Shown here piece after piece: positions 22,681-31,985 of a stretch of 64,000 bases of DNA. Position numbers and translations under genes: made by a program. Source of the stretch: Candidatus Latescibacterota bacterium (GTDB taxonomy: Bacteria > Latescibacterota > UBA2968 > UBA8231); NCBI GenBank assembly GCA_965200315.1, contig OZ241362.1, positions 704,001 to 768,000 of the forward strand. The letters run 5' to 3'. The notes beneath the pieces were generated by a model. That model saw only the letters and a program-made list of their open reading frames with translations, ran no database searches and was not told where the DNA came from. Every line of letters starts with the position of its first letter. Position 1 is the first letter of the stretch.

Positions 22681-23499
22681 CTAGCCGTACGCGCCGTGAT
22701 CGAGGAAGCCGAGCAACCGTTTCAAGCGGGGATTTGCATTTTCGTACACCTGCGGCGGCATCTGATAGTTCATAAACGGGTAATACTTGTGCCCGACGAT
22801 CCGGCGCGCATAGGTCACTTGAGTGATGTACCGCGTGCGGTCGCTGCGGTTCGGCCCCCCGCGATGCCACACCTGATTGTTGAACATGACGACGCTCCCG
22901 GCCGGCGCGCTGTTGTGAACGATTTGCTCTTCCCACTCGGAGCCCGCGATTTCGACCGGCGATTTGCCGAGCAGGTGCGTTTTCGGAATCACTTCCGTCC
23001 CGCCATGCGCCGGCGTATCCACATCGGTCAGATAGTAGTTGGCCGTGAAGAACAGCACCGGCAGATGGACGTTCGGCGGCGGCTTGCCGTCTGTGACGAC
23101 GTAGTGCGGAGCGTCGTCCTGATGCCACGTCGAGAGGCCCCCGCCCGGAAGCGTCTGGAACGAGTTGTTGTGAATCACGTGGCAATTCGGTGCCACCAAC
23201 GCCTCGGCGAAGCTCACAATCGGCTCGAGATCGAACAGGCGCAGGTTGGCTTCGCTCGTCTCGAACAGCCGATGCGCGAGCTTCGTGCGCTCGCCGATGT
23301 TGTTCAGTCCATTCGGATTGTCTGCCAGCGCCCGGTCCAAATCGGCCCGCAATTGCGCACACCAGTCCGGCGGCAGGACGTTTTTAACGAGCAGATACCC
23401 ATCGCGATGAAACCGCTCAGTCCACTCGGCGATTTGTTCGGCGGATTGTTGGCCCCCAGCGAGGGGCGATTTGTTCGGCATTTTTGGCAATCCCATATT
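22681..23499 (-). CDS. PhyH-family dioxygenase (start uncertain)
   Basis: FHRDGYL, WHQDD, GGTEVIP.TH and WHRGGPNRS..TR. Confidence 0.85.
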   Translation of the reverse strand, partial: NMGLPKMPNKSPLAGGQQSAEQIAEWTERFHRDGYLLVKNVLPPDWCAQLRADLDRALADNPNGLNNIGERTKLAHRLFETSEANLRLFDLEPIVSFAEALVAPNCHVIHNNSFQTLPGGGLSTWHQDDAPHYVVTDGKPPPNVHLPVLFFTANYYLTDVDTPAHGGTEVIPKTHLLGKSPVEIAGSEWEEQIVHNSAPAGSVVMFNNQVWHRGGPNRSDRTRYITQVTYARRIVGHKYYPFMNYQMPPQVYENANPRLKRLLGFLDHGAYG

Positions 23500-23611
23500 T
23501 TGTGTGAAGACCAGCGAAGGGGCGATTGGCGCGCCGCAAGGCCGATGCCTTTCTTTTTTTAACATATAGCCAAAATCTGGTGTGGTAGCCACCTAACCCA
23601 TAGGAGACGCC

Positions 23612-24559
23612 ATGTACATCCAAGACCAACTCCCCCACGACCGCATTACCGACGACAACCTGAGCTACTACAAAGCCATTGGCGTCGATTACCTGACCGT
23701 CAACTCCCTCCCCCTCAACCTGCGGGCCTACCCCGAGATGGTCGAGTACCTGAGAGGAGTCCGCGCCTGCGCCGAAAAAAACGGCCTCCGCTTGTACAAC
23801 GCCGCCTTGACCGGCCCGGACGAAATCACCCTCGCGCAACCAGCTCGCGACGCCAAGATCGCGGAGTGGTGCAAGTGGATCCGGGCCCTGGGCACCGTCG
23901 GCGTCCCGACCCTTGGCTACAATTTCAAACCCGTGGGCAACTTCCGCACCCCCTCGGACACCGGCCGCGGCGGCGTCCATTACAGCACCTTCACCTATTC
24001 AGAATACGAAAAAGAGAACCACGACTATCCAGCAAAGCACATCGACGAGGACGCGATGTGGGCCAATATCACCTACTTCCACCAGCGCATCGTCCCGGTC
24101 GCCGAAGAATCCGGCGTTACTTTGGCCCTACACCCAGACGATCCCCCCCTACCCGAGCCGATGGGCGGCGCGGCGCGGATCGTGTCCACCCTAGACCAAT
24201 ACGAGCGCATCTTCGCCCTCCACCCCAGCCCCCAAAACGCCATGCTGTTTTGCCAAGGCTGCGTCACCGAAATGGGGATTGACGTGTACGAGGCCATTCG
24301 CCGCATGGGCCGCCAAGGCAAAATCGCCTACGTCCACTTTCGCAACGTGCGCGGTACGCCCAAGGACTTTAGGGAGGTTTTCGTCGACGAGGGCGACGTT
24401 GACATGTTCCGGGCGATGCAGACCTACAAGGAGGTGGGCTTTAACGGGCCATTTATGATGGATCACACCCCGTCCATCCCCAGCGACGCAGGCGGGCGTC
24501 AAGGCCACGCGTACGCCACCGGCTTCATCCGCGCCATGATCCAAGCCGTCTATCGCTGA
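23612..24559 (+). CDS. Mannonate dehydratase (UxuA) family protein
   Basis: LALHPDDPP, FCQGC, HFRNVRG, EGDVDM and DHTP; GGAG RBS. Confidence 0.85.
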   Translation: MYIQDQLPHDRITDDNLSYYKAIGVDYLTVNSLPLNLRAYPEMVEYLRGVRACAEKNGLRLYNAALTGPDEITLAQPARDAKIAEWCKWIRALGTVGVPTLGYNFKPVGNFRTPSDTGRGGVHYSTFTYSEYEKENHDYPAKHIDEDAMWANITYFHQRIVPVAEESGVTLALHPDDPPLPEPMGGAARIVSTLDQYERIFALHPSPQNAMLFCQGCVTEMGIDVYEAIRRMGRQGKIAYVHFRNVRGTPKDFREVFVDEGDVDMFRAMQTYKEVGFNGPFMMDHTPSIPSDAGGRQGHAYATGFIRAMIQAVYR

Positions 24560-24711
24560 TCCTCGCCAAGCGCGATTTGCCGCCGCAATGTTTACGGGGT
24601 GCTAGGGGGCTCGTTGAGCAGGGCCAGCATCCGGGAGATAAAGCGATGGACTACGGGGCGTTCCTGTTCAACATGCCCGCAACATAGACGGCGTGTACAG
24701 GCACGGCAATC

Positions 24712-25881
24712 TCAGCCCGCGGCCGCCCGAATCGCTTCGGCCATCTTCCGCAGTTTGACCTTAGTATTGTTCGGGTGCATGGGCACCAAGACGGCTCGCG
24801 CCAAGACGTCGAGCGAGTCTTGGCACGTATTTAGCTTGTATTTGACCCGCGCCTTGCGGTTGGCCGGTAGCTTAAAGGGGTTGAGCGCCGGATGGTGCGC
24901 ACCTTGGTAGCGCAAAATAGGCTCCCAGCGCGTATAGACGTGGCGGCCGGTATCCATCGGCAAAAAGGAGGACGCGCCTTGGGCGGCCAGTCGGTTGCAA
25001 AAGGAACGCGCCTCGTCCTCAGTGGCAAACAAAAAGCCTAGGTGCGTACCGCACTCGTAGTCCAAGCTGTTGTTTTTTATTGACTTCAATCCCGCATCCA
25101 GCCCGACCTGAAGCAGCTCCTGCTTGTGGGCGCGCATGGTCTTGAGCATCCCTCGGATTCGCCGCAATTGCACGTTGAGTATCGCCCCTTCGACTTCTGA
25201 GGCCCTGAAGTTGGGGCCAGCAAATTGTAGCTCTTCGCGCTCTTCGTCGGGATTCCAGTAAAAGGAGCAGCAGTCCACCGCCACCGAGCCGCGCTGATGC
25301 ACCGCCTCGGAATTGGCGACAAAAGCCCCGCCCTCGCCGCAGGTCATGTTCTTGAAGAAGTTGAAACTAAACGCGCCGGCGTGGCCCCAACTGCCCAGCA
25401 TCCGGCCCTCGTAGCCCCCGCCCACCGCCTGACAGGCGTCTTCGAGCACGAGTAAGCCGCGTTTGCGGGCGATCTTGGTAATTCGCTTCATATCGCAGGG
25501 CAGGCCAACCATGTGGACCGGAATAATTGCCCTAGTGTGCTTGGTGATTCGCCGCTTTAAATCCTTGGGGCACAGCGTTAAAGACTCATCGACATCGGCG
25601 ATTACCGGAATGGCTCCGGCCCCTAATACCGCTAGGGCGGTCGCCATGTAGGTATAGGCCGGCACAATCACCTGATCCCCCGGCCCCACACCCAATCCCA
25701 CCAGTGCCGCGTACAGGGCCGAGGTCCCCGAGCGAGTCATCCGACAGTGCTCCACGCCCACGTAGCGCGCCCAATTCCGCTCAAAGCGGTCGCACTCCCC
25801 ACCCGATCCATAGCGGAAGATCGCGCCGCTGTCGAATAGCTGCTGTAGTTGCTTGATTTCTGCTTGGCCAATGCGATACAT
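24712..25881 (-). CDS. DegT/DnrJ/EryC1/StrS aminotransferase
   Basis: SGTSAL, EDACQA and FSFNFFKNMTCGEGG; probable start MYRIGQ at 25881. Confidence 0.88.
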   Translation of the reverse strand: MYRIGQAEIKQLQQLFDSGAIFRYGSGGECDRFERNWARYVGVEHCRMTRSGTSALYAALVGLGVGPGDQVIVPAYTYMATALAVLGAGAIPVIADVDESLTLCPKDLKRRITKHTRAIIPVHMVGLPCDMKRITKIARKRGLLVLEDACQAVGGGYEGRMLGSWGHAGAFSFNFFKNMTCGEGGAFVANSEAVHQRGSVAVDCCSFYWNPDEEREELQFAGPNFRASEVEGAILNVQLRRIRGMLKTMRAHKQELLQVGLDAGLKSIKNNSLDYECGTHLGFLFATEDEARSFCNRLAAQGASSFLPMDTGRHVYTRWEPILRYQGAHHPALNPFKLPANRKARVKYKLNTCQDSLDVLARAVLVPMHPNNTKVKLRKMAEAIRAAAG

Positions 25882-25892
25882 GATAGGCTCCT

Positions 25893-27660
25893 TTACACGA
25901 GTTCCAGCTCGACCCAGCGCCGAACTGAATTGATGAGATAGAGGGCGTCGGCCCGCGCCAATTCGCCGCTGGGCAGCGGGCGTTCGCAAAGTTGGCCCTG
26001 TGCCAGCAGCTCGGCGCGGAAGGTGCCAGCCAACAGCCCGGATTCGACCGGAGGCGTGTAGCGGACGCCGTCGCGGGCCAGCACCAAGTTGCCGATGCAG
26101 CACTCGGTCAGCTCGCCGCGCTCGTTGTACAGCACCACATCGTCGCAATCCGAACGGGCCGCCAACTGCCGGTCGTACATGGCCCGTTGAGTCGTCTTGT
26201 GGTATAGCAAGGGATCGGTGCTATCTACCGGCTCGGCGGCAAGAGCCACTCGCAGCCGTCGTGGCGGTGCGAGCGTTTGGTGCTGCACACGGACCTCGCC
26301 GTTGCGAGCTAGCAGCAAGCGCACCCGGCACCGGCCCTCCATAGCCTTGGCCGCGTCTTGCAACTGCGTCCGCACGCGGTCGTCCGCATAGCAAAACCCC
26401 CAGTACGCTGCCGACTGAAACAATCGCTCTAAATGTCTCTCTAACAAGAAATAACCCCCCTCTTCGTACAGCAGCGTCTCCAACAGCTCAAAAGGCGGGT
26501 GCGGCCGGGCGCGCACAACCTCGGCCTTGATGAGGCATTCGGCGTATTCCTCCGCAGCCGACGATTCCCAGACGATCCCGCCGCCCACGCCAAATTCGAG
26601 CTGTGCGCTCTCCCGGTCGAGATGCGCCGTGCGAATCGCCACGTTGAAGCACACCTCCGGCCCCGGCGACACATAGCCCATGCAGCCGGTGTAAATGCCG
26701 CGCGGGGCGCGCTCCAGTTCGGCGATGATCTCCATGGTCCGCACCTTGGGCGCACCGGTCACCGAGCCGCAGGGAAAGAGCGCGGCAAAGATGTCGGGTA
26801 AGCTCACGCCGGCTTGGAGTTGGCTTTCCACAGTAGAAGTTAGCTGCCACACCGTGGGATAGCGCTCGACCGACCACAGGGCCGGCACCGCCACGCTACC
26901 GACTTGCGAGATGCGCCCTAAATCGTTGCGCAACATGTCTGTAACCATCAAGTTCTCAGCGCGGTCCTTAGCGGAATGTTGCAGATCGTCGGCCCGCTGC
27001 TGATCCTCGGCTGCAAAGCGACCCCGCGGCCGGGTTCCCTTCATAGGCCGCACCGTGCAACGCCCGTCTTGCAGGCGGAAGAACAGCTCGGGGGACGCCG
27101 AGATCAACACGTGCCGGCCCAAGTCGAAATACGCGCACAACGCAGACTCCTGCACCTGCCCCAGATCGCGGTACAGCGCCAGCGGATCGCCGCGGAAGCG
27201 GCTGTGCAAGCGCATTGTGTAGTTGACTTGGTACGTGTCGCCGGCTGCAATGTAGGCGCGGATGCGCTCAATGGCGGCCTCGTATTCCTCCCGCGACACC
27301 GACGGCCGCCACTCGTCCAACTCATAGGTGCTCAAGCCAGCGCTAGGCACCGCCACCGGCGTCCGCTCTGCAAAGAGGCCGAAGTAAACCAATGGAAGCG
27401 CTCCTGCGGGACGGGTGGTAAAGACAGGGTCCAAACCGGCCGCGGCCTCGTAGCAGACAAAGCCCGCGGCGTGCAGCCCTTGCTCCACCGCCCGCTCCAC
27501 CGCGCTGAGGGCCGGGCGTACCTCGTCCGCGGCTGCGGCTACCACCTCGCCCACCGGATGGGCAAACTCAAAGGAGCGCTCCTCGCCGCAACGGGCATAA
27601 GACGACAGCAGCACTGGATTGTCACAAAAGAAAGAGGAGGATCGCTCGAATCCCCGGCAT
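25893..27660 (-). CDS. pabB: Fused aminodeoxychorismate synthase component I / class IV aminotransferase-like lyase; start uncertain
   Basis: GDTYQVN, SPELF, PMKGT, KDRAEN and FPCGSVTGAPK; C-terminal HLERL...HKTT...GLLAGT. The ATG at 27660 is out of frame by one G in a G4 run. Confidence 0.85.
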
Positions 27661-28470
27661 CTAGCCTGCCGCCTCGCCGGGCTGGTACTCAATGCGCCGC
27701 ATGAAGCGCTCGCCCACATCGTAGTTTGGCTGGTCGGAGACAAAGCGCCACAAGCGCACGCGCTGCATCAGTTCATAGCGATGCTCGTTGCCCTCCCAGC
27801 CGTGGTTGGCCGACAGGAGCCGACCGATCTCAGGGTCGTCTAGATCCGCAGTGTCAAAGTTGCAGACCTGCGGCCGCGTCGGGTTGAGCCGCAACTTGTA
27901 CATGAAGCGATCCCGATCCGTGTAGTTGCTGCGCGCCCCGTGCCAGACGCGAGTGTTCCACACGTACATGGTCCCCGCCGGGCAGGTCGCCCAGATCTTG
28001 CCGCGCATGTGGTGGTAAATGGCGATCTCCCCGGTGCGCACATTGCGGAATTGCGTTCCCGGCACCAAGAAAGTACCGCCCATCTCGTCTGTTGTATCCG
28101 CGGGGAACAGCGAGAGCTGGATATCGAAGTAATGCTCGCGGAAGTCGATGACTGAGTCTTGGTGCATATTGGGGCCCTTGGTTTGTTCGGCCTTGGTCAA
28201 GTGCGCGGCGTGGTGGTCGTACAGGGGATCGGGCCCGACCAAGGAGTGGATGAGTCCCTGCACCTGCGGCAGGCGGAACGCATCGCCCAAAGCCGTGCCT
28301 TTGGGCCAAGTCTCCTCAAAGGGGGTCCCCACGGCGAGATAGCCCCGGTTGTGGTGCATTTCCTCAAGGCAAGCTCGGCACAAATCTTTGGGCACCATTT
28401 CTTCAAACTTCAAATACCCCGAGGCGACAAATTGCGCCATCTGCTTCGAGTTCAAAAGATGCTCTTTCAC
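27661..28470 (-). CDS. PhyH-family dioxygenase
   Basis: FVASGYL, MHQDS, GGTFLVPGT and WHGARSN...R. Confidence 0.85.
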   Translation of the reverse strand: MKEHLLNSKQMAQFVASGYLKFEEMVPKDLCRACLEEMHHNRGYLAVGTPFEETWPKGTALGDAFRLPQVQGLIHSLVGPDPLYDHHAAHLTKAEQTKGPNMHQDSVIDFREHYFDIQLSLFPADTTDEMGGTFLVPGTQFRNVRTGEIAIYHHMRGKIWATCPAGTMYVWNTRVWHGARSNYTDRDRFMYKLRLNPTRPQVCNFDTADLDDPEIGRLLSANHGWEGNEHRYELMQRVRLWRFVSDQPNYDVGERFMRRIEYQPGEAAG

Positions 28471-28765
28471 GATGTGGCTCCTTCCTCTTTTTGCAGCTCG
28501 TTGAATTTCGACAGCACTACCTGGTAGGGCAGTGGCCCCAGCTCATAGCCCTCTTGGGGCAAGCGATGTTTGAGTCCGACATCTGGATGACTTGCCAGCC
28601 GTCGCGCATGGCCGCCATGGCGTTGTGGTAGGGAGGATCGCTCTCCTCGACCAAGTCGCCTAGGCCCGTGCCCTTGGAGGCTTCGTAGCTTGCCCAAGCT
28701 ACTACTTGGGCGTCGAGCGCGGGCGTGGTCTGAAAAAATACTAGGATATCTTGCACTGCGGACAT
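28467..28765 (-). pseudogene. Small hypothetical protein upstream of PhyH, apparently frameshifted at about 28574
   Basis: MSAVQDILVF...PPY..AM.AMRDGWQVIQMSD continues in another frame as KHRLPQEGYELGPLPYQVVLSKF. That frame ends overlapping the PhyH GTG. Confidence 0.55.
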
Positions 28766-28841
28766 GAAAAAGCCTTCCGGTGAGATTGGGTCAAATTTGT
28801 CGATCGGTATTCCATTTAAAATATAGAAGCAACAAATTCGC

Positions 28842-28857
28842 TGGTACGCAATTTGCA
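28842..28857 (+). promoter_or_regulatory. Sigma-54 (-24/-12) promoter candidate
   Basis: TGGTACG-CAAT-TTGCA matches TGGCACG-N4-TTGC with correct spacing, about 60 bp upstream of ATG 28917. Confidence 0.6.
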
Positions 28858-28916
28858 TAGAACCGAGAGAAGCTATTTAATACCCCAACATCCTTTCTTC
28901 TATGAGGAGATTCACA

Positions 28917-29861
28917 ATGAAAAAGCTACTCTTATCGTCGGCACTCACCGCCATTTCTTGGGTGCTTTTCACCACAGGAACCGCCCAAGCCGACACCGCT
29001 CATCAGTCCTTTGCCGTAGAGCCGGGCGACCGCCTCATAGTAGCCACCGAATGGAGTGCTATTGAGGTCCATACTTGGGATCGCCCCGAGGTGGAACTGG
29101 TCGTGGAACGAGCCGATAAACTCGATCTATCATACGACCAAGAGGCGGGGACCACGACCATCCGGGGCCGCAAAAAAGATGCCGGCCTGTTCGGCTTCTT
29201 CGGCCTTGCGAAGGGCCGCGTCCCCCTGTTCCGCCTCACGGTGCCGCATCGGCACGATTTGGAACTGAGCACCTCCGGCGGTCGCATTGAGGTAGATGAT
29301 CTTCAGGGCCGCGTCTCGGCCCGGACTTCGGGCGGCAGTCTGAGCTTTGGCCACATCGAAGGACCGATCGAGGGCAAAACTTCGGGTGGGTCCATCTCTC
29401 TAAAAGGCTGCTCCGGTACGGCGTCGGTGTCCACTTCGGGAGGCTCCATCCAAATTGGAGAGGTGGACGGGGAGGTGCAAGCCAAGACCTCGGGCGGCTC
29501 TATCCACATCAGCCGGGCCCAAGGCGCGGTGCAGGCCAAGACCTCGGGCGGCTCTATCAAAGTGGACGAAGTGCTGGGGCCTATCGAGGCTCAGACGTCG
29601 GGTGGCTCTATTCGCGCCCAACTCTCGCAGCAGCCTCACGGTCCCTGCCACCTCAAGACTTCGGGCGGCAATGTAGAGGTCTCCCTCGCTGCGGATATCG
29701 GTTTGCAGGTGGACGCCCGCACGTCGGGTGGGCGCGTCTCCACCGACTTCCCGGTAGTAGGCACGCTGGATAAAAACAGCCTCAAGGCCGCGATCAACGG
29801 CGGCGGTCCCCTCATGACCCTGCGCACCTCGGGCGGGTCCATCCACCTGCTCAAACTGTAA
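28917..29861 (+). CDS. DUF4097 beta-strand repeat (adhesin-like) exported protein
   Basis: Signal peptide, about ten TSGG.I repeats, ending INGGGPLMTLRTSGGSI; GAGGAG RBS. Confidence 0.85.
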   Translation: MKKLLLSSALTAISWVLFTTGTAQADTAHQSFAVEPGDRLIVATEWSAIEVHTWDRPEVELVVERADKLDLSYDQEAGTTTIRGRKKDAGLFGFFGLAKGRVPLFRLTVPHRHDLELSTSGGRIEVDDLQGRVSARTSGGSLSFGHIEGPIEGKTSGGSISLKGCSGTASVSTSGGSIQIGEVDGEVQAKTSGGSIHISRAQGAVQAKTSGGSIKVDEVLGPIEAQTSGGSIRAQLSQQPHGPCHLKTSGGNVEVSLAADIGLQVDARTSGGRVSTDFPVVGTLDKNSLKAAINGGGPLMTLRTSGGSIHLLKL

Positions 29862-29898
29862 CTCAGCACCGCACAGCACCGCCCCGCCTTTTGGTTGG

Positions 29899-29924
29899 AG
29901 GGGTTCGTCGTTGAACCCCTTTTT
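29899..29924 (+). terminator. Intrinsic terminator
   Basis: AGGGGTTC-gtcgtt-GAACCCCT followed by a T run. Confidence 0.65.
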
Positions 29925-29975
29925 GCGTTTTTAGCAGTCTTAGTCAACCGCGTAAAGAAGCTCCCACTCTTCGCG

Positions 29976-30800
29976 CTATTCTGCGGTCGATTCATCTCGA
30001 CCCATTTCGGGGCCAAAATTCTCCTCTTCTGTTGCGACCAGTACGCGGATGCGGGCGATGATCGCCGCGACGGTCTCAGGCACGGCTGCGAGCAGCGCAA
30101 AGCGGTCGTCCATGACCACCTCGGCACCGGCGTAGCGGTAGCGCACCGCATACTCGGTCAGCCACGCCAGCCGCTCGCCCGCCGAGGTATTGTTTTCGGT
30201 CGGATGCTGGCGCACGATTGTGATTAGCTTCGTCAGATCGTGGGTGTTGCGGTAGTCGGCGTCGAGCGCGGAAATCCAGCCCTTGAGCGTATTCTCAAGT
30301 GCCTGCTGCGCGTGAAAGCCAATGGCTTCCTGAGCAGCATTGGCCTCGCCCAGAATTTTCACAACGCCGAGTTCACGCTCGGCATTGGCCATGCGCGGCC
30401 GTATGTCGGGCCAGTTGGTCGGCTGTGGGTTGTCGTAAGTCACTTTGTCTCCATTGGCGTCAAAGCCATCGCGGACGGCTTGGCCAGCCACGTGGTTGCG
30501 CGCCCGCCGGCCGTTGTGGAAGACCCCTTCGCTCATGCGCACTAAATCGCCCCCTATCGAGCCGCCGTATAATTCCTCGACTTTGCGGTAGGCTGCTGCG
30601 CGGGTGCGTTGGTGGATCTGCTGATCCACCAGATCGGGGCTGGTGATGATGAGCAGGTCAATATCCGAATCTGGGCTGAAGTCGCCCCGGGCGCGCGAAC
30701 CGAACAGGATGACCCGGTCGGGGGCGACCACCTCGCCGACGGCGTGGGCGACGGCGCAGGCTTTCGGGTCGGGAGGCCGACGAGTTGGGGACTTTGGCAT
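29976..30800 (-). CDS. MNT-HEPN fusion protein
   Basis: ILFGSRARGD...SDIDLL, then GFHAQQALEN.LKG...THDL...YAVRYRY. Confidence 0.85.
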   Translation of the reverse strand: MPKSPTRRPPDPKACAVAHAVGEVVAPDRVILFGSRARGDFSPDSDIDLLIITSPDLVDQQIHQRTRAAAYRKVEELYGGSIGGDLVRMSEGVFHNGRRARNHVAGQAVRDGFDANGDKVTYDNPQPTNWPDIRPRMANAERELGVVKILGEANAAQEAIGFHAQQALENTLKGWISALDADYRNTHDLTKLITIVRQHPTENNTSAGERLAWLTEYAVRYRYAGAEVVMDDRFALLAAVPETVAAIIARIRVLVATEEENFGPEMGRDESTAE

Positions 30801-30900
30801 GGTCAACTTTCAGTTGTACCGCAACACTCACGTCAATTCTAAAAATTTTTGTCCATAGTGAAATATAGATAGGATAAATTCGGACTTTTTTGCTAGCATC

Positions 30901-31869
30901 TCAATGCGTCCGCGCCAGCGGTGTCCACCGAGAAAGCGCGTCTAAGGCTGCTATCTCTGCGTCCCCTAGCTCCACCTCCAGCGCCCCAAAGACCTCTGCG
31001 ACGTGCTCGGGGCGATCTGGGCCGATGATAGGAGCGGTAACATCCTCGTTGGTCAATATCCAAGCGATGGCAACTTGCGCTGGGGTCTTGCCCTGTGCCC
31101 GCCCAATCTCGGTCAGCTTCTGCACGATGCGCTCGGCTTGCTCGTTCATGGCCGCGGCAAAGCGGCCGTCGTCCTGCCAAGCGCTATCGGCCGGCGGCTT
31201 TTGCCCGCGCCTAAAGCGGCCGCTCAACAGGCCGACAGCCAGCGGACTGTAGCTCATCATGCCGAGGCCGTACTGCCGACACAAAGGCAACAGTTCCGGC
31301 TCTATCTGCCAGCGATGCAATAGGTTGTACTGATTTTGTAAGGTAAATAGTGGGTCCAGTCCCCCGCGATCGGCCGTCCACAGCGCCTCCACCACTTGGG
31401 CGGCGGTAAAATTGCAAGCCCCCACGTAGCGCACCTTGCCCTGCCGCACCAAGTCGTCAAACGCCCGCAGCGTCTCGTCGAGTTCAGTGTCTGGAGCCCA
31501 GTTGTGCAGCAAGTAGATATCCACGTAGTCCGTATTCAAGCGCTTCAGCGACCGCTCGATCTCGCGCATGATGGCAAAGCGCGACAGGCCGCGGTCGTTG
31601 GGTCCGTCGCCTATCTGGCTCCAGACCTTGGTGGTAATCACCAGATCGTCGCGCTTGCCCTTAATGGCCTTGCCCAACAGCTCCTCGCAGCGGCCCTGAA
31701 AGTAGTAGTTGGCGCAATCGAGGAAATTGCACCCCAAGTCGAGGGCCGTCTCGACCGAGCGCACAGCAGTCGCCTCGTCCGTGTGCCCATGCCAGTATCC
31801 CCGAAAGGCCGTGCCCAAGCACAGCCGCGAGACTTTGACCCCGGCCCGGCCCAATCGCACGTAATCCAT
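30901..31869 (-). CDS. Aldo/keto reductase
   Basis: VSRLCLGT, D.ANYY, SLKRLNTDYVDIYLLH, GKVRYVG and YSPLA.GLLSG. Confidence 0.92.
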   Translation of the reverse strand: MDYVRLGRAGVKVSRLCLGTAFRGYWHGHTDEATAVRSVETALDLGCNFLDCANYYFQGRCEELLGKAIKGKRDDLVITTKVWSQIGDGPNDRGLSRFAIMREIERSLKRLNTDYVDIYLLHNWAPDTELDETLRAFDDLVRQGKVRYVGACNFTAAQVVEALWTADRGGLDPLFTLQNQYNLLHRWQIEPELLPLCRQYGLGMMSYSPLAVGLLSGRFRRGQKPPADSAWQDDGRFAAAMNEQAERIVQKLTEIGRAQGKTPAQVAIAWILTNEDVTAPIIGPDRPEHVAEVFGALEVELGDAEIAALDALSRWTPLARTH

Positions 31870-31884
31870 ATTTTCTCCTAGTTC

Positions 31885-31985
31885 CTAACTGACGTTACGC
31901 AGTGTAGGGGCAACCCTTGTGGTCGCCCGCTTAGCAGTGTGCCCTGAGCTTGTCGAAGGGCACGAGATTTGTAGGTCGTCCCTAC
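31885..31985. repeat. Composite intergenic palindromic repeat cluster
   Basis: CTAACTGACGTTACGCAGT (31885-31903), GTAG-type REP GTAGGGGCAACCCTTGTGGTCGCCC (31904-31928), hairpin GTGCCCTGAGCTTGTCGAAGGGCAC (31939-31963) and a degenerate inverted end GGTCGTCCCTAC. Confidence 0.7.

Noticed and set aside
22396-23562. 388-aa plus-strand ORF and similar long overlapping ORFs (e.g. 1435-2658, 35319-36728, 60511-61455)
   Set aside because: Shadow frames of well-supported genes, expected in high-GC DNA.
24560-24711. Possible small gene remnant between convergent genes
   Set aside because: Too short to assign; no recognisable motif.
29260-29845. Recurrent ACCTCGGGCGGC-like motifs resembling a DNA array
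   Set aside because: Explained by the TSGG beta-repeats of the DUF4097 protein.
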